Under the pieces are notes generated by a model, which saw only the letters and a program-made list of their open reading frames with translations, had not been told where the DNA came from and made no database searches. A stretch of 64,000 bases of DNA, taken from NCBI RefSeq assembly GCF_902713615.1, contig NW_024055431.1, positions 1-64,000 on the forward strand, written 5' to 3'. This document shows, in pieces, positions 1-11,613 of this stretch. The stretch is from Scyliorhinus canicula. Lineage: Eukaryota. Within the stretch, counting starts at the first letter, position 1, and each line of letters begins with the position of its first letter. A program made the translations under genes and the position numbers.

Positions 1-533
1 CAACTCCACACCGGGAGGAAGGCCACCTTAACCTCGAATCAAACTGTCAGCCACCTGTTTCCACAAGGTAGTAAAATACACTGCAGAAGTCCATCCGAAC
101 CGCCAGATCCTCATCATCAACCAGTCTCCAGATAACCCGGCCTTGCTGTTGCTGATCAGCTGTTAATTCTCTGAACTCAGGGCTGGATGTTCAGACCAGC
201 TCCGGCAAAGATGTTTCTGCCCTTCAACCAGTCCCATTGACATCACTCAGTTTACAGACTTACGTCACTAAATCTGCAGGGTGACGTCACACGTGTCCTC
301 AGTCATAGGCGGTGCTCAGCCGCATGCGCATATCTCCGACACAACACCCCCACCAATGCTGAATCTCCCTCACAGCTTCACTTTGCTGATCACAAGCCCC
401 AGAGACCCGGCTCGGGCCGGCACGGTGCAGTTGGTGTTAGACTCAGTCTGATATACACAGCGCTGCCTTCGCAGATTGTCTCTCGTCCTGAAAACTACCG
501 AGAGCTCCAGAACACAGATCGACAGGATCCAAC

Positions 534-850
534 ATGAAGCTGAGCTTTACTTTAGTGATTATCTCCCTGAATTTCTTACTCTTCTCTCCGTGTGAGTGTG
601 ATCACTGTATCTGGCGGAATATTCACACATCAGATCTTCATGCTGTACTAATCATAACATATAGTTTCCTCCTCTATTGTATATCTTGCTATGTCATGTT
701 TATTTGATTGTGCTATATTAATTCTCGCGGTATGTGTGATATTAATTTATCATGTTATTTTACATCTCAGGTGCTGCTGGCAGTGAAGAGTCTCACAGTC
801 TCCAGAGGCAATCGTTGTTACCGAGGGAGATGTTGCATTTCGATGGTGCT
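534..850 (+). pseudogene. Decayed TCR V relic: leader exon (534-591) plus frameshifted 5' part of a V exon (from 771)
   Basis: ATG 534 reads MKLSFTLVIISLNFLLFSP, with a phase-1 GTGAGT donor at 592 and an acceptor CAG at 768-770. A shifted frame then reads VSQSPEAIVVTEGD (V framework-1-like) followed by stops. CRE TGACGTCA at 282-289. Confidence 0.5.
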
Positions 851-957
851 CAAGATAATAATCAATGTGCCGTTCGTGAGTCAATATTCAGAGGCCGTTG
901 TCTATTTCTTGTTTTAAATCAATTCCAGACTGAGACACATTCCAGTTGTTGTTACAG

Positions 958-1279
958 GGGTGAGTGATGCACAATCAGTCTCCCAGGATCCGTCCGATTG
1001 AAGGCTCTAGAAAGACAGTTCAGTTATAATCACTCCATGTGCAAGAGCTTTCTCTGTCTAGGTCGGCAGGGTCAATATTACGGAATAACTGCGAGATATT
1101 TACCTGATGAGGTATCGGCTGAGACATTGAGCTACGTCACAAGACTTCTCAGATCGGTTGATTTGAACAAGGACAACAGTGGAAATATTTGATAACAAAC
1201 CTGACAATGTTTGTTCTCCGTGGGCCTGGGATGGAATTAACCCGCTGATCAAGGCGCTAAAGAAGACGACACAAATACT
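958..1279 (+). pseudogene. Decayed TCR V exon relic
   Basis: Acceptor TTACAG at 952-957, then GVSDAQSVSQDP. Later fragments read DFSDR and DLNKDNSGN. Multiple stops and frameshifts. Possible remnant RSS CCCGCTG-23-ACAAATACT at 1241-1279. Confidence 0.45.
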
Positions 1280-1325
1280 CGCAGAGGATTTTTGTGCGGG
1301 TTCTTGGTTTTTATCTGATTCTGTG

Positions 1326-1741
1326 TTTCACTGCACAGGAAAAATACACCACACTTAGACCGCTGATATTATGAGCAACAGGTAGACATTGTCTTCAGAT
1401 TCCATCTTTTTATAGTTTTTACAGTCTTACTACATCATTAATAATTCAGTTTGGACACTGTGCCCGTTTCTGTCCATATCAGTGGATGTTTCTTATTACC
1501 TGGGTTGTATATTCGCAATCCAACCCTTCAAACACAGCTACTGTCACCGGAAACTGGATCTGCAAGTAGTTCGCCTGTGAAAGTAGAGGATCTAAAGAGC
1601 AGGAGGTTAAACAGGATTGAGATATTAACCTCTATCTAACTGTATGAGTCTGTGTAAATTCCCATCAATCTGTTAAACTGTCTTGATGAGCACAATCCAG
1701 TACTTAACGTGCAAGAGCCCCACCACTAGTATTAGAAACAT
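1326..1741 (-). pseudogene. TRAV/TRDV: TCR alpha/delta-type V pseudogene, family 5 copy a
   Basis: Leader MFLILVVGLLH (1741-1708) with mutated donor TTAAGT. V exon from 1574 reads LDCEY..H*YGQKRAQ..NISGLSVVYFSCAVK with several stops and frameshifts. RSS CACAGAA-23-ACAAAAATC at 1325-1287. Confidence 0.8.
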
Positions 1742-1889
1742 GTCTGACTGGATCTCTCAGTGAATGGGCATGGGATGAGTCAGGGATTGAGAGGAGAGAG
1801 GGAACCCGGGCTCTGTTCAACTCAATGTCCCACCCAGACACAGCAAGGGAGCCAGGCCCACTGTGACATCACTGAGTATACGTCTGGCT

Positions 1890-2479
1890 TTTGGTCTCAT
1901 GTTTAGATTTGTCAGCAACTGTCCTGAACCCACATCTTTCTTCATTACTAAGGTGTTGGTGATAATCCATCTCGGTGGCTGTGCCGGTTTCTCCTGATAT
2001 CATTGCATTTTGTATATGTTGGGGCCTTTATAGTGGCAATTTAACTTCACCGAACCCCCTTCTGACACTGTTATTGTCACTGGTGACTGAGCTACTGGAT
2101 TGCACATAGTCCGCCTGCGAAAGTGAAGGAATGAAATGAACAGATTGTTTTTCCTCTATAAATTTAGAGTTTTTTTTCAATTAAGGGTGGCCACTCACTT
2201 AGCCTGCACATCTAGGTTACGGGAGTGATAATGTTCAAACACCACAAGGACAATGATCTGGGACAGGGATCGAACCCATGTCCTCAGTGCAATGAGGCAG
2301 CAGATGATACAAATTTGCTTGTATCTGCGGCATTTTTGGGACCTCTGATGCAGGCACTTCATAGACATTCCCGATCGTTAATTATACTCTAGCCTAAGTT
2401 GTATTAATATGCTGATCTGGTTTAATTAACACTATAACTACTTACTGTGCCAAAGCGCCGCCAGTATTATCACAACCAT
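1890..2479 (-). pseudogene. TRAV/TRDV: TCR alpha/delta-type V pseudogene, family 5 copy b (3'-truncated)
   Basis: Leader MVVIILAALWH (2479-2446) with GTAAGT donor. V exon from 2114 has a 1-nt frameshift, then PVAQSPVTITVSEGGSVKLNCHYKGPNIYKMQ*YQEKPAQPPRWII. It breaks off near 1890 into the promoter of copy a and has no RSS. Confidence 0.85.
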
Positions 2480-3133
2480 GTCTGACTGAATCTCTCCCAG
2501 TGAACTGGACTGGACTGAGTCAGGGATTGTGTAGGAGAGAGGGAACTTAGTGCAGTGCAGGGAGAGGGTCTATTGTGACATCACTCGCCTCCCATCCTAT
2601 CGGCTTGGCCGACACCATCAGGTGAGTTTCTGACGCCCGTGCTTGAATTTGGCGCCCTCTGCTGCCGGATTCGGTTTACTCCGTGTTAGAATTCGGCTGT
2701 TGAGTGGATTCAGTATTGACTGCAATGCATATCAGGGCGGGAAACCTAGACAGAAATCTAAATTCCAACTGTTTATACACTATCTTTGTCACTATAGGTG
2801 TTTCTAATCAAAAATGATGCTTAATCTGTGCAAATCATCCCTGGAGTCCTCGGTTCACACCATGGATGCGACGAAGTCGAAAGAATGCCAAGACTTTGGT
2901 GGACATGCGGAGGGTTAGAACTCAGAATAATAGCAGGGCTCAACAGACTAGTTTTCTTTATTTTGGTTCTGACGAAGGTACAAAAGGGGAACTGCGCTGA
3001 ACATCGCTTTTTTCCAGAGACCAGATTGTCTGGAATTATTTTCATTAGCTGAAGGTTAAATGTCCTATAAAGAAGATAGATGAATGAGATTTCATGCTGC
3101 AAGTGAATTAAACGTCTGAATGGATCAGCACCG

Positions 3134-3207
3134 AGGCCACGGGCGGGATTCGAACCCGCGATTTGTGGTTTACGAGACCAACGCCTTTCCTCTTGGCCAC
3201 CCGCACC
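3134..3207 (-). tRNA. tRNA-Thr-CGT: tRNA-Thr(CGT)-like gene, probably a pseudogene
   Basis: Minus strand GGTGCGGGTGGCCAAGAGGAAAGGCGTTGGTCTCGTAAACCACAAATCGCGGGTTCGAATCCCGCCCGTGGCCT. Perfect T-arm GCGGG-TTCGAAT-CCCGC and anticodon loop CTCGTAA; closely resembles vertebrate tRNA-Thr-CGT. The acceptor and anticodon stems have mismatches and there is no clear T4 terminator. Confidence 0.75.
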
Positions 3208-4719
3208 TTAGGCAAGGTAATGATGTTGATTGCACTGTGAGTTGTTATCATTTGGAGTCTGACGTAACAATTGATGAGAGAAGAAGAATCAATGGAACAT
3301 TTAATAATGTATTGTCAGAAACTTGAGAACGGAAGACCCCGCGGGATTTAAATGCAGGGTGAAAAGGGAAATAGAAAAAGTTCTTTCAAATAGGCGCAGG
3401 TAGCGTCAGTTCAATCTGCCCCCACCCCTCCGACACTATATTGTTCTCAGTGAGTGTAGCAGGTGCAGGATGGTCACGGGCATGCTGAATGCTCAACTGT
3501 CGCTATTTCCGCCCCATCACTTGTGACTGCAGCTGATAACCGCCGCACACATTTTTCAGCTTTGTGTCCTGCGGTGCCCAGGTCACAGGCTTCCGTTTGG
3601 TGCTCCTCGCTCCCAACACCATTGGGATATTCTAGACATTGCTGCCTGCTGCTCGATTCCTGTCATTGGTTGGATCAGCAATGCAGTGGGACCGAATCTG
3701 GATTGCTGCTCTGACAGATAATTGCCTGACCTGAAGAGCGATTGATTCAGGAACTATCGCGGGGAACCGCCTCTCGCTCTCTTCTTTATGATCTCGCTGC
3801 TCAGTATTTCCTTACTGCAAAACCCCCATTCTCCCCTGATTATGTAACCAGATATTATTGTTAATTACATAATAATGATCATGGTGCGGGTGACCGTTAC
3901 GTTGGTCAATATGAGGCTGATTCTGAATTTTGAGATTGTTATTGTTTTCTGTTCGTTTGTATCAGACTGGAGCCACCAAGACCCAGCGGAACATCGGGGC
4001 GCTGAAATGAAGGTTGAAGTGGATATTGACGCCACAAACCAATACAATCGATCCTGAGGATCCACAGTCTGTATCCGGGCGGCCTGCACGGTGCATGTTT
4101 CGTCTGATTGGAGAGAATCTGCGTAGCAGCAAAGATAAAAGTGATCTCAATATACCCATATATAGAGAAATACCAGTACACAAATACAAATATCCCTAGG
4201 TATGCCTGTGTCGGCAGTCACATTATAGCAGAAAGACAGTCGATCCCAGAAACAAACCAACACCAAGAGGAGGAGGGGTAGTTGTGGGGGGGGGGGGGGG
4301 TGGTGTGTGATATTTTTCTCTCAAGGTGGGTGCGAGAGGGCGATCAGAAAGACCATCGCCATTTATAATGAATATGTGAAAACGGAGCAAGACGGGAACA
4401 TAGAACATAGAACAGTACAGAACAGAACAGGCCCTTCGGCCCTCAATGTTGTGCCGAGCCATGATCACCCTGCAAGATGTAGATCTTTGTCTTTTTTTTC
4501 TGAGCGAGCTTCGTGAATCTATGGAATTCTCCCGCAGAGACCGCTGAGGTGGGTCCATTGAATATTTCGAGGCAGACGTGGTTGTATTCTCGATTAAAAA
4601 TGAATTTCAAGTTTATCCGGGGTAGGCGAAATGTGAATCTGAGGTCAAGATCACATCGGCCACGAACTTGTTGAACGATGGAGGAGGCTCGGGGAGTGAA
4701 TAAACAAATCCTGCTCAAA

Positions 4720-5143
4720 TTTGTTTTGTTCGTGGGTCCGTGAAGATGTATCGCAATCTCCTGAGTCGGTGTTTCTTATCGAGGGAGACACAGCATCGTT
4801 GAGCTGTCCCAACACAGCGCCATGAAGGATGCTCCAATGGTAGAGGTAACTCCATGCCACAGCGGGGGCACGGTACTTGTTATCAGAACAGGATCACAAT
4901 ATCTGTGCACCTCAGCAGTGACGCACAATCTTCTGATTGCCAGCGATCGAAAGAGAACACCTGTCCCCTGAGGCAGTGCAGAAAAGATCTGGAAGGATCG
5001 GACAAACACATGGTCCCCGCGGTCGTGGACCTTTCCGAGTCAGTGACTCATCAGAGCCCATTGAATTTTACAGCACTCACCATGGACAACACCACTCGTT
5101 CACCGCCTCGCTGAAACACGTACCCTTATCGGGGCGACTCCAT
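4720..5143 (-). pseudogene. Highly decayed V-like relic
   Basis: GTGAGT donor at 5080 and polypyrimidine/CAG acceptor at 4968. One frame reads LRCTDIVILF**QVP (LFWYxQxP-like) and QRCCVSLDKK (DRFSASLDK-like). No RSS seen. Confidence 0.35.
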
Positions 5144-5511
5144 TAACAGAAAGCAGGAAGTGTCAACATATATTTGATATATTTTTGATCGGAAAATCCA
5201 ATGTTCTGCTGAAGACTACAGGGGGGCTCAGACTCAGTGGCCTTAGATCCACCTAAGTTAATCCTTTGGAAGATTTTATCATCCCCACATCTGAGTGCTT
5301 ACAATACTTCTGCTCAGAAGTGATATTCCAAGCGTAAATTTACTGTGCATCGCGGCATGCAGATTAATCTCACAAATCCCAAACGGCTCCTTTATTGAGC
5401 TGTACAAGGATTGAGACAGGCAATGGAATTGGTGGATAAATAGACTTGAGTGCTTTTCTGTGCTTTTAAGGACAGGAACGCAAAATTAGTGGAATTGAAA
5501 ATACTCTCTGA

Positions 5512-5550
5512 GATTTTTGTACATGGTTGTAGCGGCTTTGTGACACTGTG
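5512..5550 (-). other. 23-RSS of family 5 copy c
   Basis: CACAGTG, 23-bp spacer, ACAAAAATC. Confidence 0.95.
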
Positions 5551-5992
5551 CTTATTGCACAGTAATAGACCGCCCCGTCCTCCACACTGAGCGCGTTTAT
5601 ACTGAGATAACTATTCTTTTTAGACTTGTTGGCAGCCGCCAGATATCGCCTTAAGATGTCCTCTTTCTTCATCGCCGATATGTTCATGATGATCAATTTC
5701 GGCGGCTGTGCCGGTTTTTGCTGATATTATAGCATGTGGCACACAGTCGGGTCTGTATATTCGCAATCTAACTGCACTGAACCCCCTTCTGATGCAGATA
5801 TTGTCTCCGGTGATTGAGTTACTGGATCGGCGCATAGTCCGCCTGCGAAAGTAGAGGAATGAAAGTAGAGGAAGAGTTAAACAAACATTGCGAGAATCTG
5901 AGAGTTAGAAACACGTGGCTGTGGAACCGGAGAATCCAGCCCAGAATCCAATACTTACTATGCAAGAGCGCCGCCAGTATTAACAGAGACAT
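5551..5992 (-). pseudogene. TRAV/TRDV: TCR alpha/delta-type V pseudogene, family 5 copy c (single in-frame stop)
   Basis: Leader MSLLILAALLH (5992-5959) with GTAAGT donor. V exon 5842-5551 reads GLCADPVTQSPETISASEGGSVQLDCEYTDPTVCHML*YQQKPAQPPKLII...SYLSINALSVEDGAVYYCAI. The only lesion seen is TAA at the Trp codon (5729-5727). Confidence 0.92.
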
Positions 5993-6290
5993 TTCTGACC
6001 GAATCCCTCTGACGGAATGGGAATGGAATGAGGCAGAGATTGAGAAGCAGAGAGGGAACCCGGCTCTGTTCAGGTTACTGTTCCACCCACACACTGCAGG
6101 GGGGCAGGCAATATATGACATCACTACGGATAACTTTGTTAATGTTAACACGTGATTTAATCAGGCGCATGCTTGACTTTGGAACCCTATGCTGACCCGT
6201 TCGAAGTAATTCATTTTAGGAGGAGGTCCTTGAGTGGATTGGGTGAATATTTTATCTGCAGACATGAACGTTTGCCAGAAAGCTAAATTT

Positions 6291-6626
6291 CAGCACGGTG
6301 GCACAGTGCCTAGCACTGCTGCCTCACAGCGCCAGGGGCCTAGTTTCAATTCTGGCCTTGGGTGACTGTGGAGCATACACTTTCTCTCCGTGTCTGCGTG
6401 GGTTTCCTCCGCGTGCTCCAGTTTCCATCCACAGTCCAACGATTTGCTGATTCGGTGCATTGGTCATGTTAAATTACCCTCAGTGTCAGGGATGTTTAGA
6501 TTAGGTTAAATGATTCCAGGAATTGGGCGGGGAATTGGGCTTGGGTGGCGTGCTCGTCCAGTGAATCGGTGCGGACTCGATGGCAAAATGTCCTCCTTCT
6601 GCACTATAGAGATGCTATGATTCTAT
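6291..6626 (+). mobile_element. tRNA-derived SINE (shark HE1-like family)
   Basis: A/B-box-like head CAGCACGGTGGCACAG...GTTTCAATTC, central GGGTTTCCTCC...CCACAGTCC core and LINE-like tail. Many related copies occur in the window. Confidence 0.85.
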
Positions 6627-7710
6627 TTTATAAATTGGAGCCATTTAGATACTGGTTTTGTCATCGCTGCTGTTTATATCGAAGCGTATTCCAAATTCTG
6701 CATTAATTATTGCTGTCCAAATGCAGTGAAAGACAAAGTACAAAGAATGTTTGCAAGTTGGAGAGAATGACAGTATCATATATCAGAAGAGTACTAGGAA
6801 TGAAAAACGTTTATGAAACAGACAAGGGAATCTTGGATTAATTTGCTTGTCACAAAAAAGGTAGAAAGGAGAAGGAATTTACATCCTCACAATTACGCCC
6901 TTGTGTTGGAGTAGATCGCTTGTAATTATTTTCATTGGTAGAAGATTCAATGACAAAATCACTTCACTTTAATGGAAAATGGTTAGTGAAAGATGAATTT
7001 TATTTTTTCCATTGTGATTTCTTATTGTCAGGAATACCGATCAAAGTGGTAAAGGGCGAAGATACACAAAAACTTGTCAAAGGGATATTGTCATAAATTG
7101 AAAACGGAAGACAACGTGGAAAATACTGTATTAAAACCGCTTGGTGTCGCACTTTCAAGTAGGCCTCATTCCTTCCCTAAATGTTGTGATTCTGGGTCCT
7201 TCCTGCCCACATACCTGTTTTTTACCCCTCAGTCACTTGAACAATGAAAAGGTGCAGAATTGGCACTGACCTCTGGAGACTGCATTATACATGATGTAGG
7301 TAGTTGAAAGATTAGTGAGCAGTTGTTCTCTGGCTTTGGTACCACAACAACATTGGAAGTTCATCTTTACTGCGTTCACCACATAAGCTGACTCCCTCGG
7401 AACACATTTGCATCTCGTCTTAAAGATGATTTGACGTCGAGGTTCTGCCTAAGCAATGTAAGATCATTCGTTTTTTCTATTTATTTCTGGGGTCTATGCT
7501 CATTAGATTCAATGTAAGACATTGCTTGACTCATTGTACACCGTTTTAACCTCACTGTCTATCTCCTTGTCCCTGTTATTCTCTGATCATTTCACTCTCT
7601 TTGTTCCTCCAGCTGTATTGTCTGCATATATCTGTGCCATTCACAGTTTCTCCACCATATCTTCATCTCTTTCCCTTCTTGCCTCCACCTCTCCCTTATT
7701 TTTCTGATTA

Positions 7711-7943
7711 TGTAACCAGTAACCCCACCTATCCTTTTTGGACACTAAGGGCAATTTATAATGGCCAATCCACCTAACCTGCACATCTTGCCCTGCAGGA
7801 GGAAACCGGAGCACCCGGAGGAAATCCACGGAGACACGGGGAGAACGTGCAGACTCTGGAGAGACAATGACCCAAGCTGGGAATCGAACCTGGGACCCTG
7901 GAATTATGAAGCAACTGTGCTAACCACTGTGTTACCGTGCTGC
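7711..7943 (-). mobile_element. tRNA-derived SINE
   Basis: Reverse complement of the same family (GGACACTAAGGGCAATTT...GAATCGAACCTGGGACCC...CCGTGCTGC), inside a CT-rich tract. Confidence 0.85.
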
Positions 7944-9217
7944 TCCTATTTTGGTCACTATTTCTATCACGGTTTCTCCCTCTGAATCTGTCATTTGTTT
8001 TTCTTGATTTCGTAGTTCGTATTTCTCCGTTTTGCTGCATTTCTCTCTCACATTGTACCTTCATCAAAAATCCCCCTTCTCTCTCTGTCTCGCTCTGTCT
8101 GCCTCCATATTTTCATTATCTGCCACTGTGTTTCCTATTATTTATCTCCCTGTTTTTGTTTCTCGCCTTGTCTCTCCCTCACATGCAGGTTTAAAAAAAC
8201 AAGTCGCCAGTTGGCCGCCAGATGGTGCTTTGGTCCAACGTAAGTTTCCCGCGCAGTGAAATGCCAGTGGTTTCTTTTGCATTCCATTTTTTGGAGGTTC
8301 TTTGGGAGTAGTTGGCAGGTACTGTTGGAGAAGGCGAGGTTAGTCACTGGTGTGCAGCCAATAGAAACTGTGGTCATGTATATTTGGGTCCGGCCACAAC
8401 AACAGACCTCAAACACTCCAGTATTCATATCAAGACATTCGTTCTGAAAATGAAATGAGGCCTCTTCTCATTTTATGGACTCTAATTCAATTCAGGAAAA
8501 TCGCAGCAATAAACCAACGTGTGTTCTCAGTCTCCATCAAACACAATATATGACCATCCTTACTTTTAAAAAATGCTGCAGATGGTGTAGTTCTGAAATA
8601 TAAACAGAAAATGATGGAAAGAAGCTGCAGGTCTGGCAGTATCTGTGGATCATTGAACAAGAGTTAGCATTTCGAAATCAATGTGGCTCTCCTCGAAGCA
8701 CAACGTGGCCAATCAGAACGTCAGGTGTTCAAGGAGACATCTTCTCCTTTTATTGGATTTTCATTGGAACTTCATTGCATTGTTACTGTCAGCTTAGTTG
8801 TAACGCTAATGAAGATTATTATTATGAAGAGAATAAATGAGAAACCTGGGCCCAGATCATTTACCATTGACGACAAGGCACCAGAGATGAATTGGTAATT
8901 TACTTTCTGTGATTATATGAATATTATTCACGTTGAAAATACTGTCTATGATTGTACATCCCAACAACGCCCAATTAGCCCCCAGTGTTAGCGCTGTTTC
9001 CTCATAACGCAGGTGTTAACGTTTGCACGTTCTCGCCGAGTCTGCGTGGGTTTCCTCCAGGTGCTCCGGTTTCCACCCACAGTCCAAAAATGTGCAGTGG
9101 TGGACTGGCCATGAACAATTGACACTTAGTGTCCAAAGATGTGTAGGTTAGGCAGATTTCTGGCACGGAGATTTGGAACATTCGACAAGTGGAATTATCC
9201 TCTCCATACGTCCATCA

Positions 9218-9496
9218 CATAAAATCTTAGAATTTGCAGTGCAGAAGAAAGCCACTCGGCCCATCGTGTCTGCACCGGCCCTTGGAAAGAGCACCCTACC
9301 TAAGCCCCTGCCTCCACCCTATCCCTGTAACCCAATAATCCCGCCTTACTTGTTTGGACACTAAGGGCAATTTAGCATGGCCAATCCACCTTACCTGCAC
9401 ATCTTTGGACTGTGGGAGGAAACCGGAGTACCCGGAGGAATAGCGCAGACACGGGGAGGACGTGCAGACTCCAAACAGACAGTGACCCAAGCCGGG
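9218..9496 (-). mobile_element. 5'-truncated SINE abutting the chimeric V relic
   Basis: Same SINE core on the minus strand; the head is cut off at ~9496. Confidence 0.8.
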
Positions 9497-9498
9497 GT

Positions 9499-9859
9499 CA
9501 TCATTGTAAAGGCATCAAGGTTGACTTTCCGTGAGTACAGACAAGAACTACAACATTTACATTCCTTTTTCCTAGATCTGATCTTCGAATTCCGGTTTGC
9601 ATTGTGTTTTGTGAACATAAACCCCTGTAAGGAGGAGACCAGGACAAAGACTCATGTGTGCTCTAAGGCTGGTCTGATGCTTGTTTAACACGGGTCCTGC
9701 TTTCCAAATGTATTCCTGCCGGGATCTGCATTGCTGCTGGTCCTGGATTCCAACAAGACAAATCACCATCCTGGAGCTGCGGCTGTCTGACAGCGCGGTG
9801 TATTACTGCGAGCTGAGAGACACAGTGTCAGCAACCAGAGGGAGCCTCGTTCAAAAATC
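9499..9859. pseudogene. Chimeric V relic: inverted family-1 leader/intron fragment fused to the 3' end and RSS of a family-2 V
   Basis: 9499-9750 is the reverse complement of the family-1 leader start (ATG CAG ATC CC) and intron. 9764-9820 (+) reads TILELRLSDSAVYYCELR, followed by CACAGTG-23-TCAAAAATC (9821-9859). Confidence 0.85.
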
Positions 9860-10552
9860 ACTGCCGCAGTCTGACAGAGTGGACGGAATAGCGGACTGTA
9901 GAGGAATATATCGCTGATGCTAGCAATGAGCGGAGGGACTGGAGAATGTAGCCACAAGACAGATCCCAGCAGCTCTGAACAGAGATGTTAGATGTCAGAT
10001 TTGATTCACCCAATAATGAGCAATTGAGTGGAAACATTTAAGATCTATTTGACAAACTGACATTTTAACATTTGTTAAATTGAAAATTTCTCCTGTTGAT
10101 TGTCATTGTGTTTTTTTTCCGCTGTTTGATACCGCACGAATACAAAAAGAAATCCGAGAACACATTTCCTTTCATCCCCGCCTCAAATTAAGTCTTTTTT
10201 AGTGATTTAAATGCTCGGAACACCTTCACCTACATTCAGCACTTGTATTTCCTTTCTTCAAGGCTGTTTCTTTCAGGTGAACCGAAGGCAAAAATGCCCC
10301 CCAACAATTAAGGGTCAAGCAGTCTGTGTTTCTCGTCTGGCTCTTATCAGTAGAATGCAGGGCAACTGCCTCAGTGCCTTGTAACAAACACGTGTGGTTA
10401 AATAGGTGACATCAGACCAATCAGAGCCAGCTAACCCAGCTCTTCCGATCATTCATTCCGTAGGTTGTAACGTCAGAGCAGCCCCAGCCAATGCCCTCAG
10501 CTTTATCTTGTTGAGTATTCTGCAGGTTTCTGAGAATCCAGGACCAGCAGCA

Positions 10553-11574
10553 ATGCGGATCCCCGTTCTCGCTGTGATCTGGGTGATATTCATTGTTGGT
10601 AAGACTTTTAAAAATTTAATTTCTGGAGCAATATATTTGAAAAGCAGTACACCGTGTTAGTCAAGTATCGGACCTCCCTGAGAGCAGACTAGTCTGTGCC
10701 CCAGTCTCTTCCTCACGGGAGTTTATGTTGGCAAAACACAAAGCATACGTGATTTAGAGTGACGGTACCGGAATTGGCGGATGCTAGCTATCAGAAACCA
10801 ATGTAAATGTTCTGGTTCTTTTCTGTACTGACGAGAAGTACAGTCAAGCTTGATGTCTTTACAATGATAATTCCACATGTTCCAAATCTCGGTGCCAGAA
10901 ATCGAAGCGCCACCAAATTCTCTAACTGGGAAATCAGGAGAAACCACTTTAGAAAGAGAGTCGGTAGAACGTGGCTAAAACAAACACAAGGAAGAGCTGA
11001 AGAGCAGAGTAATGGGGCATTTCAAGAGAAACTAGATAAACAGTTGAGGGAGAAAGGGACGGTGGGATTTGTTGATACAATGAGAGGAGGAGAGATGGAG
11101 GATTCTCCTGGAGATTGTAAAGACTGACATGAAGCAATTGGGCCGAATGAGCTTTCTCGTGCTCTAAATTATATCATTTTTTATGTTACACCATCGGAAT
11201 TTTCACCCTCAGTTCAGTTCAGTTGAATTTTAAATCAATGATTTCCGCTTTCTATAACCGTGTGTTGCAGGTCTGAGCGATGGAGATTCTGTGACTCAAC
11301 GGGAATCCTCACTCACACAGACAGAGGGGGAAGATGTCACTCTAACCTGCACCTATACCGACGATGCTTATTATTTATTCTGGTACCGTCAGTACCCAGA
11401 CAGACTGCCCGAGTTTGCGGTCCGGAGGCACACGGACGGCCGTTCTGAATTGAAGGCAGATTTCGCTCAGGACCGGTTTTCTGATGCAGTCCAGCAGTCA
11501 GAGAAGTTGTACCGATTGACGATCTCGGGGCTGCTGCTATCTGACACCGCGGTCTATTACTGTGCACAGAGTCT
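10553..11574 (+). CDS. TRAV/TRDV: TCR alpha/delta V segment, family 1 copy 1 (intact); exons 10553-10598 and 11271-11574
   Basis: Leader MRIPVLAVIWVIFIV with GT/AG sites. V exon reads GLSDGDSVTQRESSLTQTEGEDVTLTCTYTDDAYYLFWYRQYPDRLPEF...DRFS...LSDTAVYYCAQS, with Cys23, Trp41 and Cys104. Confidence 0.95.
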
Positions 11575-11613
11575 CACAGTGATGGGAACGAGGGCAAGCC
11601 TCGTACAAAAACT
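11575..11613 (+). other. 23-RSS of family 1 copy 1
   Basis: CACAGTG, 23-bp spacer, ACAAAAACT. Confidence 0.96.

Noticed and set aside
3964-4260. Possible very old V relic (acceptor, SHQDP, KDKSDLNI, VCLC, CACATTA)
   Set aside because: The motifs fall in different frames with wrong spacing and no nonamer; not distinguishable from chance.
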